A stretch of 64,000 nt of DNA from Micavibrio sp. (GTDB lineage: Bacteria > Patescibacteriota > Minisyncoccia > Moranbacterales > GCA-2747515), in NCBI GenBank assembly GCA_020718085.1, contig DYDB01000001.1, positions 47,384-111,383 of the forward strand, read 5' to 3'. The notes under the pieces were generated by a model that was not told the origin of the DNA, ran no database searches, and saw only the letters and a program-made list of their open reading frames with translations. Shown here piece by piece: positions 20,536 through 29,761 of this stretch. Every line of letters starts with the position of its first letter. Positions within the stretch are counted from its first letter, which is position 1. Both the position numbers and the translations under genes were made by a program.

Positions 20536-21300
20536 ATGGCGCGTTTGAAAACCGCAGAAAAAGAGAGTAAAAGTGAAGTTGTGGAAGCAGTAAATCCACG
20601 TAAGAACATTTTTGAGGCAATTGATCTGGAAAGTCTCGAATTGACAATGGCAGCACTCCTGAAAGCAGGTGTGCATTTTGGTCATCAAAAATCTCGTCGC
20701 AATCCTCGCATGAGTGAATACATTTATACAACACGAAATAATATTAATATTATCGATCTAGCAAAGACGGTTGAACGTTTGAAAGAAGCATTGGAGTTTA
20801 TTGTATCGATGAAAAAAAGTGGTAAACAGATTCTTTTCGTGGGCACAAAAAGACAAGCATATGATCTCGTGAGGGATATTGCAAAATATACCGGCAATCC
20901 ATTTGTTGTGGAAAGATGGCTCGGTGGGACGTTTACCAACTTTGGAAATATCCGTCGACGTACGCGATATATGACACGTTTGCAAGAACAAATTGCAAAA
21001 GGTGAACTGAAAAAATATACAAAGTTCGAACAGATGAAAAAGATCGAAGAGGCAGAAAAACTTGATCGTCGTATGGGAGGTATCGCAGAAATGCGTGATC
21101 TGCCTGGTGCAATATTTGTTACAGATGTTGAGGCAGACAATCTCGCAATTCGTGAGGCAATAGCAATGAACATTCCCGTAATTGCCCTTGTGGATACAAA
21201 TGTCAATCCAGCAGGTGTGACATATCCGATTCCTGCAAATGATGATGCAATTTCTTCGCTTACGATGATCCTTGCACATGTATGCAAATCACTTCGATAA
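20536..21300 (+). CDS. rpsB: 30S ribosomal protein S2
   Basis: AGVHFGHQ, RWLGGTFTN, PIPANDDA. Confidence 0.97.
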   Translation: MARLKTAEKESKSEVVEAVNPRKNIFEAIDLESLELTMAALLKAGVHFGHQKSRRNPRMSEYIYTTRNNINIIDLAKTVERLKEALEFIVSMKKSGKQILFVGTKRQAYDLVRDIAKYTGNPFVVERWLGGTFTNFGNIRRRTRYMTRLQEQIAKGELKKYTKFEQMKKIEEAEKLDRRMGGIAEMRDLPGAIFVTDVEADNLAIREAIAMNIPVIALVDTNVNPAGVTYPIPANDDAISSLTMILAHVCKSLR

Positions 21301-21360
21301 GACGAATAGAGAAAAGATCCCAAAACGTAAAATGCAAAAAACTCTAAATTCAAAAATCAT

Positions 21361-21945
21361 ATGAGCACATTAGAACAAATCAAAAAGATCCGTGAGCAAA
21401 CCGGTGCAGGTATTATCGATGTGAAAAAAGCGCTTGATGAGGCAAAGGGTGATGAAACGAAAGCCATTGAGATCTTGCGTAAAAATGGACAGAGCAAGGC
21501 CTTGAAAAAAGCAGATCGAGATGCACGTGAGGGTGTGATCGGCATGTATGTGCACTCCAATCAAAAAATGGGTGCAATGGTGAAGGTTTTGTGTGAAACG
21601 GATTTTGTTGCTCGTAATGAAGATTTTCAAAAATTTGCAAGCGATATTGCAATGCATATTACAGCAAGTGCCCCACAGTGTTTGCGACCGGAGAGCGTGG
21701 ATGACGCATTCGTGGCAAAAGAGCGAGAGATCTGGACTGAGCAATTGAAAAATGAGGGTAAGCCTGCAGAGATCATGGATAAGATCATGGCAGGTAAAGA
21801 GCAAAAACTTCGTAATGAACTTGCACTTTTGACACAATCTTTTGTCAAAGAGCCGGATAAAACAGTGGAAGAATATCTTAATGAGCATATTGCCAAGATC
21901 GGTGAAAAGATCGAAATTGGTGAATTTGCGCGTTTTGCTTTCTAA
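21361..21945 (+). CDS. tsf: Elongation factor Ts (short form)
   Basis: REQTGAG..DVKKAL, CETDFVA, follows rpsB. Confidence 0.96.
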   Translation: MSTLEQIKKIREQTGAGIIDVKKALDEAKGDETKAIEILRKNGQSKALKKADRDAREGVIGMYVHSNQKMGAMVKVLCETDFVARNEDFQKFASDIAMHITASAPQCLRPESVDDAFVAKEREIWTEQLKNEGKPAEIMDKIMAGKEQKLRNELALLTQSFVKEPDKTVEEYLNEHIAKIGEKIEIGEFARFAF

Positions 21946-21987
21946 ATGTATTATTGAAATATCCATAATACATTTTGTGAAACCGTT

Positions 21988-22542
21988 ATGATTTATTTGA
22001 TCGTCCCACCCATTATTATTGTTTTTGCTGTTGCAATTCTGATTATCTTTCTTACAAAAGTATCGTCGAAAGACCGTGATTCAGGCAGTTTTGTGTTGTC
22101 TGAACGAAGAAGTATCAGACATCACTTGAGTTCGGGGAAAAGATATTTACGTGGCGCGAGTGAAGGTGCAACGCAAAAAATCAAAGATCGTCTGACATGG
22201 AAAGATGACCAAAAAATTTCTACAAGTACACAAGATGCCAAGCCGATGTATACTGGCACAGGAGACAATAATGGTGGAGATAAAATTGTTTCACTGCGCA
22301 AAAAAAGTATGGTCAGTGATAAGATCGAAAATGGAGAGACGCGAGACCCAGAAGAACTGGCTCTCATGAAAGAAATTGAAGAAGATCCGCATGATAGTAA
22401 GCGGTATGAAAGACTAGGAGATTATTATATGGAACATGAACAATTTGCAGATGCACGAGAATGTTATAAGTATGTATTGCGTCTCGACCCGCGACACAAG
22501 CGTGCCCAGGTTGCAATGAAAAATCTCGATCGCGTCCTATAA
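21988..22542 (+). CDS. Membrane-anchored TPR-containing protein
   Basis: N-terminal TM; YERLGDYY...ARECYKYVLRLDP TPR-like motif. Confidence 0.75.
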   Translation: MIYLIVPPIIIVFAVAILIIFLTKVSSKDRDSGSFVLSERRSIRHHLSSGKRYLRGASEGATQKIKDRLTWKDDQKISTSTQDAKPMYTGTGDNNGGDKIVSLRKKSMVSDKIENGETRDPEELALMKEIEEDPHDSKRYERLGDYYMEHEQFADARECYKYVLRLDPRHKRAQVAMKNLDRVL

Positions 22543-22578
22543 AATGAAAGAATATTATCATTTTTTGTTAAAAAACAT

Positions 22579-22610
22579 CCTCTCCCTAAGGGAGAGGATT
22601 GAGGTGAGGG
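22579..22610. repeat. REP-like family C (CCTCTCCC...GGGAGAGG...GGTGAGGG), solo copy
   Basis: Same motif as the repeats flanking the DUF559 gene at 52671-53325. Confidence 0.65.
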
Positions 22611-22681
22611 AGGAATAAAATTATTAATTACGCAATAGAGTATTGATTAATTCTTCCTATCAGTATATACTAATATGGAAT

Positions 22682-22754
22682 GCCACTTTAGCTCAGTTGG
22701 TAGAGCATCGGTTTTGTAAACCGCAGGTCGTCAGTTCGAGTCTGACAAGTGGCT
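22682..22754 (+). tRNA. tRNA-Thr(TGT)
   Basis: GCCACTT/AAGTGGC acceptor, TTTGTAA anticodon loop, GTTCGAG T-loop. Confidence 0.93.
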
Positions 22755-22868
22755 CAAGACAGTAGAAAGTTTGTAAAGTTAAAAGTTATGAAGGAAGGAT
22801 CTGTGTGTATATTACACACTTATTATCTTTTGACTTTATGAACTTTTCAACTTTGTGACTGTTAAATT

Positions 22869-22951
22869 GGGTCGGTGGCAGAGTGGTCAAATGCACCTGA
22901 CTGTAAATCAGGCGTCTTCGGACTTCGGGGGTTCAAATCCCTCCCGGCCCA
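22869..22951 (+). tRNA. tRNA-Tyr(GTA)
   Basis: GGGTCGG/CCGGCCC acceptor, CTGTAAA loop, long variable arm. Confidence 0.95.
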
Positions 22952-23019
22952 CAATACAACCAAGAGAGCGGATGTGGCCGATTACTGTAAAGTGTCGGCT
23001 TTATCTGTAAAAGGCATAT

Positions 23020-23092
23020 GCCTAGATAGCTCAGTCGGTAGAGCACATCCATGGTAAGGATGAGGTCGCCGGTTCAATCCCGGCTCTAGGCT
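23020..23092 (+). tRNA. tRNA-Thr(GGT)
   Basis: GCCTAGA/TCTAGGC acceptor, ATGGTAA loop. Confidence 0.94.
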
Positions 23093-23173
23093 CAGAATAA
23101 TAGTGTATAATAGAGAACATGGGAGTCTGTTGTGCGAGGACAGGCGGGCCTGTCCACCGGAGTTAAAACGTAG

Positions 23174-23244
23174 GCGGGTGTAGTTTAGTGGTAGAACGAG
23201 GGTCTCCAAAACCCTTAGTGGGAGTTCGATTCTCTCCACCCGTG
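23174..23244 (+). tRNA. tRNA-Trp(CCA)
   Basis: GCGGGTG/CACCCGT acceptor, CTCCAAA loop. Confidence 0.93.
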
Positions 23245-23368
23245 CATACAAAAAACAGCTTCTTCTGGGGGGGGGCTGTTTTTGTTTATCTTGATAGTAT
23301 AATAGCTGAAACCATGTTATGCTCAATAGACAAAAAATACGGTGTAATGAAGTAGATTTCAGAAAAAT

Positions 23369-23998
23369 ATGCAGAGTAATCTGAAAAAAATATTAGATGA
23401 TTTTAAGGACAAGCGATCTATTTATGAAGAGTTCTGTTTGGCGATGTATAAATTCTTGGATAGCATGCTTGTTATTGATGGTTGCAAATACCAGATATTT
23501 TATAGGATCAAAGAATTTGACAAACTTGAAGAAAAAATTATACGTAAAGAAAAAGAGGGGATCGTCTATACGAACCTTGAAGAATTGGAAGATTTGGCGG
23601 GTCTTCGAATCCTATTTTATCTCGAGTCAGATAAGGATAAATTTGTGAAAAAATTACTATCGGAATTGACGGGAGATGTTACTATTAAAAATCATAAAAA
23701 ATTATCCGGCTATGAAGCAACACACATCATTACAAGTTTTGGAGAAAAAAGGATCAGTTTGAGCGAATACAGCAAGTTTGAGGGATTGAAATGTGAAATA
23801 CAATTGACATCCATCTTGCATCATGCGTGGTCGGAAATTGAACATGACATGATCTACAAAGACACTTTGGGAGTCAAGAATAGTAAAGTGAAAAGTGTTT
23901 TTATAAAAAAAGAGATGAAAAAGATCCTATCAAATTATCTCATTAAGGCTTCCACTGAGCTGGACAATCTGGTCAAAAAAATTAAAAAAAGGAAATAA
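23369..23998 (+). CDS. RelA/SpoT-domain (small alarmone synthetase-like) nucleotidyltransferase
   Basis: RIK, DLAGLR, GYEATH, EIQLTSILHHAWSEIEHD motifs. Confidence 0.85.
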   Translation: MQSNLKKILDDFKDKRSIYEEFCLAMYKFLDSMLVIDGCKYQIFYRIKEFDKLEEKIIRKEKEGIVYTNLEELEDLAGLRILFYLESDKDKFVKKLLSELTGDVTIKNHKKLSGYEATHIITSFGEKRISLSEYSKFEGLKCEIQLTSILHHAWSEIEHDMIYKDTLGVKNSKVKSVFIKKEMKKILSNYLIKASTELDNLVKKIKKRK

Positions 23999-24003
23999 AA
24001 TGG

Positions 24004-24016
24004 CTTCACCCGTGCA
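24004..24016 (+). repeat. Copy of the tRNA-Trp 3' end (att-like)
   Basis: CTTCACCCGTGCA vs CTCCACCCGTGCA at 23234-23246. Confidence 0.55.
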
Positions 24017-24119
24017 GATAGGAATAGAACCAAAATTTGAGGCTAGGGAAGCCTTTTTTTGGTTTCAATCTTTTAGGATAAGAATGGAAGAGTGGAAATT
24101 TTTATGATAGAGTTTAATT

Positions 24120-25220
24120 ATGAAAGCAAAAGTTCATAAAATTGAAGACTTTGGTTATGATCCATTTTTTGAATCCAATCGTGTAAAACTCGGACTGGAT
24201 GTTTTTCATGTGGCTCGAGTGATCTCTGAACAAAAGGGAATTTATAAGGTTAAAAATGCCAATGGTGAATATTTGGCAAAAATAACCGGAAAACAAATTT
24301 TTAAAGCCTCTTCTAAGGAAGATTATCCGTCTGTGGGTGATTGGGTGGCAATTTCTGAATTGGAAGTGCATAAAGCAATGATCCGTAGTATATTACCGAG
24401 GAGAACAGTGATGAAGAGGAAATGCAGTGGTAAAAAAAATGAAACCCAAATAATAGCAACGAATATTGACGTGGCCTTTGTCATTGAATCAGTTGATAGG
24501 GACTATAATTTGAATCGATTTGAAAGATATTTTGCCATAGCGAATGATGGGGGCATAAAACCAGCTATCATATTGAACAAAGTAGATCTGATCTCCAAAG
24601 AAGAATTATATGCAAAAATTTCCCAAATAAAAGACAGATTCAAAGATGTTGAAGTCATTCCAACTAGCGCTGTGACGGATGAAGATCTGGATGAATTAAG
24701 GGGATATATAAAAAAGGGTAAAACGTATTGTTTTCTAGGTTCCTCCGGAGTGGGAAAATCTTCTTTGATAAATAAACTGATTGGTAGTGGGAGTGAGATA
24801 AAAACTGGAGACGTCGGTTTACGTTCCGGGAGAGGAAAGCATGTAACTACAACGAGAGAAATGTATTTTTTGAAAAATGGTGGCATTGTAATAGATACTC
24901 CCGGGATGCGAGAGGTGGGGATGACTGACACAACTGCTGGTGTAGATAATTTATTCGATGAGATCACAACTCTCGCCAAGAAATGTAAATTTATCGACTG
25001 TGATCATATTCATGAACCTAAATGCGAAGTTTTAGTTGCGCTAAAAGCAGGCCTGTTGGACAAAGAAAAGTATGCCAATTACATTCGATTAAAAAAAGAG
25101 TCTGAACATTATGAGATGACTCAACGTGAAAAAAAAGAAAAAGATCGAAAATTTGGTAAATTTATGAAAAATGCCAAGAAGGATTTGAAAAAGTATAAAA
25201 ACAAAAATTATAGTGTGTAA
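24120..25220 (+). CDS. rsgA: Ribosome small subunit-dependent GTPase A
   Basis: Circularly permuted GTPase: NKVD, GSSGVGKS, GKHVTT, DTPG, CKFIDCDHIHEPKC Zn finger. Confidence 0.93.
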   Translation: MKAKVHKIEDFGYDPFFESNRVKLGLDVFHVARVISEQKGIYKVKNANGEYLAKITGKQIFKASSKEDYPSVGDWVAISELEVHKAMIRSILPRRTVMKRKCSGKKNETQIIATNIDVAFVIESVDRDYNLNRFERYFAIANDGGIKPAIILNKVDLISKEELYAKISQIKDRFKDVEVIPTSAVTDEDLDELRGYIKKGKTYCFLGSSGVGKSSLINKLIGSGSEIKTGDVGLRSGRGKHVTTTREMYFLKNGGIVIDTPGMREVGMTDTTAGVDNLFDEITTLAKKCKFIDCDHIHEPKCEVLVALKAGLLDKEKYANYIRLKKESEHYEMTQREKKEKDRKFGKFMKNAKKDLKKYKNKNYSV

Positions 25221-25346
25221 TCTGTAATTGGCGGTGGATTCATCGAAGATGGCTCTCGATAAATAGTTAATTCCCACTAAGTCTAAGTTTGCATTTTCTT
25301 AACAAAATGCTACTTTTAGAATAGCTTAATATTTAGATACAACCTA

Positions 25347-25661
25347 ATGTTCTGGCGAAAGCACAAAAATATACATTTAATTTCAGCAGTCTTTCTTGGT
25401 TGTTTATTTTTGTCTGGGTGTGACGATTCAAACAATCGACTAGAGGAAATTGAACAAGCAAGAGAAATGGGCTACGAGATGGGAATGGAGGAGGGTTATA
25501 GTGTTGGTATAGATGATGTAAAATCCGGACTTGTGTCAATTGAGGATACTGAGATTTGCTTGGATTACTATGAATTAGGCTATCAAGATGCTATCACTGA
25601 TATCGAGAAATACGGAATAACAAGAGTAAAGAATGAAGATTTGCCAAGAGAAGTTCAATAA
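25347..25661 (+). CDS. Small hypothetical lipoprotein
   Basis: FLSGC lipobox; GYxxG repeats. Confidence 0.6.
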   Translation: MFWRKHKNIHLISAVFLGCLFLSGCDDSNNRLEEIEQAREMGYEMGMEEGYSVGIDDVKSGLVSIEDTEICLDYYELGYQDAITDIEKYGITRVKNEDLPREVQ

Positions 25662-25745
25662 TGATTATGAATGCAAAAAATTGTTAAAAATATTTTTGAC
25701 TAAATTTATTTTTTTAGTAAAATCCTGTTGAGTATTTGAAAAAAT

Positions 25746-26384
25746 ATGACCGAAGAAGAATATAAGAATAGATTTGAAAAGTTATATCAACTTCTAACAA
25801 GAGCTCATTTGTGTTTTTTTGTTTGGAAGGGTCTTAAAAATGTAAAATATCAACCTCAATTTGACAGAGATAAAAATTTTTGGAGTGCTGTCGTTCCTTC
25901 CCTAGAGTCATCGTGGCTTCAATCTTTAGCTAATATTTACGAAGAATCAGATTACAGCAGAAAGGATAAAATTATATCGGTATATTCATTGATAAATAAT
26001 CAAAAAGATGTAGAAAGAAAGGTGAGAGCGGAAGTTATTATTAATCAGAATCAATCCATAATTAAAAACATTTCAATTCTTAGGAATAATCAGTTAGCTC
26101 ATTATAATGCCAATCATTTATTAAACCCAAAAGAGTTATTGGAAAAATTTCCTGTGAAATATGGGGAAGTGGAAAGATTGCTAGAAATAACTGAAGAACT
26201 ATTACGTTGTCTGCACCCCGAAAACAATCATAGTTTTTCGTTTGAGGGATTTGATAAGGAATCACAACGGGATTCAACTTTAATTATGGATAGGATTGAG
26301 TATTATCTAAAGCAGGAAAAGAAACACTATGAGAAAATGAAAGATGAAAATAAGTATGTTCATTTTCCGCCTCAAAAAGACTGA
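25746..26384 (+). CDS. Hypothetical protein, HEPN (AbiU2-like) domain candidate
   Basis: Helical protein with RNNQLAH motif; AT-rich. Confidence 0.6.
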   Translation: MTEEEYKNRFEKLYQLLTRAHLCFFVWKGLKNVKYQPQFDRDKNFWSAVVPSLESSWLQSLANIYEESDYSRKDKIISVYSLINNQKDVERKVRAEVIINQNQSIIKNISILRNNQLAHYNANHLLNPKELLEKFPVKYGEVERLLEITEELLRCLHPENNHSFSFEGFDKESQRDSTLIMDRIEYYLKQEKKHYEKMKDENKYVHFPPQKD

Positions 26385-26539
26385 TTATTATCAAATTTTT
26401 TCTTAAATCGGATGTGTATACATTCGTTTTTTTCATAAAAATATCCCTAAAAACATTTATCACATCGTACAGATACAAAAAAGAGATTTTATGCAATCTC
26501 TTTTCGTGCTGAGAATTATGATATAATCACAGAATTCAT

Positions 26540-27109
26540 ATGCAAAACACTATCGAAAATAAAACTATTCAAAAAGAAGATTGGTCTGGAAAAAAACTAG
26601 GATCATTTGAAATTTCTGACTGTACATTCAACGGATGTGATTTTACGGAAACTGATTTTTCCGGAACGAAGTTCATTGATTGTATCTTCGATGGATGTAA
26701 TTTCTCGAACTCAAAAATATTAAATTGCAGTTTTTGCGACGTTACTTTTAAGGAATGTAAAATAAGTGGTGTGGTCTTTGGTGAAATAAATAAATTCTTA
26801 CTTTCTTGGAAATTTTATGATTGTGCCATAGATCTTTGCAGTTTCAGTATGTTGGATATCAAAAACTCCGAGTTTATTGCATGTGAGATCTACGAAACTG
26901 ATTTTGTGAACACTGATCTTAGTGAGTCTAATTTCTCACAATCTGATCTGAGGGGGAGTAAATTTCAAGATACAAATTTAAGTAAAGCTAATTTTGTGGG
27001 AGCAATAAATTATTTTATAGATCCTACAGCCAATAAGATCACAAAAGCGAGATTTTCATCACCGGAAGTGTTAGCTCTGCTTGCGGGTTTTGATATAACC
27101 ATTGAATAG
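26540..27109 (+). CDS. Pentapeptide repeat protein
   Basis: Continuous (C/S/T)xF xx pentapeptide repeats. Confidence 0.9.
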   Translation: MQNTIENKTIQKEDWSGKKLGSFEISDCTFNGCDFTETDFSGTKFIDCIFDGCNFSNSKILNCSFCDVTFKECKISGVVFGEINKFLLSWKFYDCAIDLCSFSMLDIKNSEFIACEIYETDFVNTDLSESNFSQSDLRGSKFQDTNLSKANFVGAINYFIDPTANKITKARFSSPEVLALLAGFDITIE

Positions 27110-27139
27110 ATTGAGAGCTTGCGCAATTATCATTATTTC

Positions 27140-27194
27140 TGTCATTCCGACCCTGCCTACCGGCAGGCAGGCTTCGACTTTGCTCAGGATGACA
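27140..27194. repeat. REP-like family A with micro-palindrome CCTGCCTACCGGCAGGCAGG
   Basis: TGTCATTCCGAC...CAGGATGACA. Confidence 0.8.
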
Positions 27195-27296
27195 AGTGCG
27201 TAATTTTTGAGAGTATCAGTTTAGAATAGGGCTTATCTTATTTTTTTAACATAAAAACAAAAAGAACGGTCGTGTGCCGTTCTTTGTATACATGAT

Positions 27297-27728
27297 CTAT
27301 TGCCTAAGGTTTTTCCCAATTTCTATGAGTAATGCTGAAAACTCATCCATTTTTTTTGTTTTGTTCTTTGGAATGACATCTTCACAAAAGATCTCCATGC
27401 GTTCAATGCCTTCTTCCAGCTTCATTTTTCCTCCAGGTGCGAGTACTACTTGACTGACGCGAGCATCGTGCGCATGTGCTTCTTTTTTAATGAGGCCGAT
27501 CTTTTCCATCGGAAGGAGCAGGCGAGTGATGCCGGAGGCGGTTAGACCCACTTTCTCTGCCAAATCGATACGACGCATAGTGCAATTTGTTGCCTGACTA
27601 AGGTGGTAGAGAATGATAAATTCATTAAATCCAATACCATTCAAACGTGCGTCTAAGCGACGATTTAATTCGGTCTGAAATTTTGCAATATCAATGAGAA
27701 ACTTCGCGGATGAATTAATTTTGTACAT
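27297..27728 (-). CDS. MarR-family transcriptional regulator
   Basis: MRRIDLAEKVGLTASGITRLL..MEKIGLI, DAR wing motif. Confidence 0.88.
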   Translation of the reverse strand: MYKINSSAKFLIDIAKFQTELNRRLDARLNGIGFNEFIILYHLSQATNCTMRRIDLAEKVGLTASGITRLLLPMEKIGLIKKEAHAHDARVSQVVLAPGGKMKLEEGIERMEIFCEDVIPKNKTKKMDEFSALLIEIGKNLRQ

Positions 27729-27948
27729 ATTATTGATTAATAGTTGATATGTCAAACATATATCAAATTGTAATGTGTGTCAAGCGATGCAAAAATGTGA
27801 GGTGTGCAAAACAGTGGAATACATATGAGAACATTGACAAAATCGTGAAAAAGTGTAGAATTGTCGATTGGCGTTATTTTACAAAAGAATAGATATTATA
27901 AATGATATTCAGTCATTTTTTCACAATAAACTCAGGAGGAGTACGGCA

Positions 27949-29613
27949 ATGACGGAGACAAAAGATAATACCGGTATGAGCGAAGAATGTGCGAATTTTT
28001 TTGAGATCGCATTTGAGCATCATCCAATGCAGACGATCGCCGTGAATCTTGAGGGAGTGATCGTTGCAGTAAATCGTGCAAAACGAAATTCGGGGGATCG
28101 CGCGGCGGAAAAGGGCATGAAAATGTATGTGGATTATGCTGCGGGTCACGATATTGATATGTTTGCGGAATTGCTCAAAGTGATGCAAGGTACGGAAACA
28201 GTAACGTATCCCATGATGGCATATCGGGATAAGATCCTTGATATTACCATCACGCCCACACCATATGGTGCGCTCATTATTTCAGCAGATGTGACACAGC
28301 GTATCATTACAGAGCAAAAGCTTAAAAGAAGTGAGGAGCGGTTTCGATTGCTCGTGGAACAGATCTCATGCATGGCCATTCAGGGATATAAATTGGATGG
28401 TACGATCACATATTGGAACAAGGCATCAGAAAAACTGTATGGTTATCATGCTGATGAAGTGATTGGTGACAATTTGCTTGAGACGATTATTCCTCCAGGT
28501 ATGCGAGAAGATGTAAAACTGGGCATGGATTTTATGATCAAAAGCGGGGAGCCAATTCCCTCTGGCGAATTGGCGCTTATGCGCAAAGATGGGACGCTTG
28601 TTACGGTATTTTCCAGTCATGCACTTCTGTGTGATCATAATGGAGATTCGGAATTGTTTTGTGTGGATATCGATCTCACAGAACAGAAAAAAGCGGAGGA
28701 CCTACTGCGAAAAAATGAAGCACTTCTGCGCGCGCTCACAGAGGCGGCACAAGATGCGATCATTGCGATGAATGAAGAGGGTAAGATCTTTCTGTGGAAT
28801 CCAGCTGCACAACGCATGCTTGGATATTCTTGCGGGGAGGTTATAGGACAGCCGTTGCATGAGTGTATTGCACCAGAAGATTATCGCGAGATGTCAAAAA
28901 AAGGCATTGAGCAGTTCATTCAGACTGGTGAAGGTGCGGCAATCGGAAAAACTACTGATCAAAGAGCGTTACATAAAGATGGACATGTGATCGATGTGCA
29001 ATTATCTCTCTCTCGTCTTCCCATGGAAAATGGTTGGGGATCTGTAGGTATTTTGCGGGATGTAACTGAACAAAAATTGGCGGAGCGGGCATTGCGCGAA
29101 AGTGAAGAGCGCTTGCGAGTTGTGAGCATGACGGATCAATTGACGGGCCTGTACAATCGGTGGCATTTCAGTCATGAGTTACAGCGAGAAGTGGATCGTT
29201 CAGAGCGGTATGGACAACCGTTGTCAGTGATCATGTTCGACATTGACGACTTTAAACAGTTTAATGAAATATACGGACATGCGGCAGGAGATCGTGTTTT
29301 GCAAATTTTGGGACACGTTGTGAAAGGTAGTATGCGAAAGAGCGACATTGCATGTCGTATTGGCGGGGAGGAATTCTTTATCATTTTGCCAATGACCTCA
29401 AGATCTGTTGCGCAAACAATCGCATTTCGGATCAGTACAAGCCTTAAGATGCAATCTTTAGACTTTGCACTTGATAAGAAGATCACCTTCAGTTGTGGCG
29501 TATGTCAATATACCTCTGGACAAAGTCCGGATGATCTCTCTCGTCGTGTCGATCAACTGATGCGACAAGCAAAGAGTGAAGGCAAGGATCGGATCATTTG
29601 TGATCAGACGTGA
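27949..29613 (+). CDS. PAS-PAS-GGDEF diguanylate cyclase
   Basis: PAS/PAC repeats; DQLTGLYNR, DIDDFK, RKSD I-site, GGEEF; SD AGGAGG 27934-27939. Confidence 0.92.
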   Translation: MTETKDNTGMSEECANFFEIAFEHHPMQTIAVNLEGVIVAVNRAKRNSGDRAAEKGMKMYVDYAAGHDIDMFAELLKVMQGTETVTYPMMAYRDKILDITITPTPYGALIISADVTQRIITEQKLKRSEERFRLLVEQISCMAIQGYKLDGTITYWNKASEKLYGYHADEVIGDNLLETIIPPGMREDVKLGMDFMIKSGEPIPSGELALMRKDGTLVTVFSSHALLCDHNGDSELFCVDIDLTEQKKAEDLLRKNEALLRALTEAAQDAIIAMNEEGKIFLWNPAAQRMLGYSCGEVIGQPLHECIAPEDYREMSKKGIEQFIQTGEGAAIGKTTDQRALHKDGHVIDVQLSLSRLPMENGWGSVGILRDVTEQKLAERALRESEERLRVVSMTDQLTGLYNRWHFSHELQREVDRSERYGQPLSVIMFDIDDFKQFNEIYGHAAGDRVLQILGHVVKGSMRKSDIACRIGGEEFFIILPMTSRSVAQTIAFRISTSLKMQSLDFALDKKITFSCGVCQYTSGQSPDDLSRRVDQLMRQAKSEGKDRIICDQT

Positions 29614-29761
29614 AAATAAAAATCGGTCTCCATGAATTAATGGAGGCCGATTTTCTTTTTTATTGACATTTTATGCATATAATGAAACGATGTTGACACA
29701 AGTTGTTCGTTTACAGAATGGTAGAACAATAAAAAACATGAAGCAGTCAAGGAGGTATGGC

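Noticed and set aside
20724-21966. Long antisense ORFs opposite rpsB/tsf (and similar ones opposite other genes)
   Set aside because: Typical antisense shadows of conserved genes with no recognisable motifs
22964-23010. Hairpin containing CTGTAAA, resembling a tRNA-Tyr anticodon arm
   Set aside because: No D- or T-arm, and the loop register does not fit; probably a spacer hairpin.
22875-23326. ORFs 22875..23057 (+) and 22982..23326 (-)
   Set aside because: Shadow ORFs over tRNA genes
25272-25281. 10-bp reverse-complement match to tRNA-Trp (TCCCACTAAG)
   Set aside because: Too short, internal to the tRNA and in the wrong orientation for an att site
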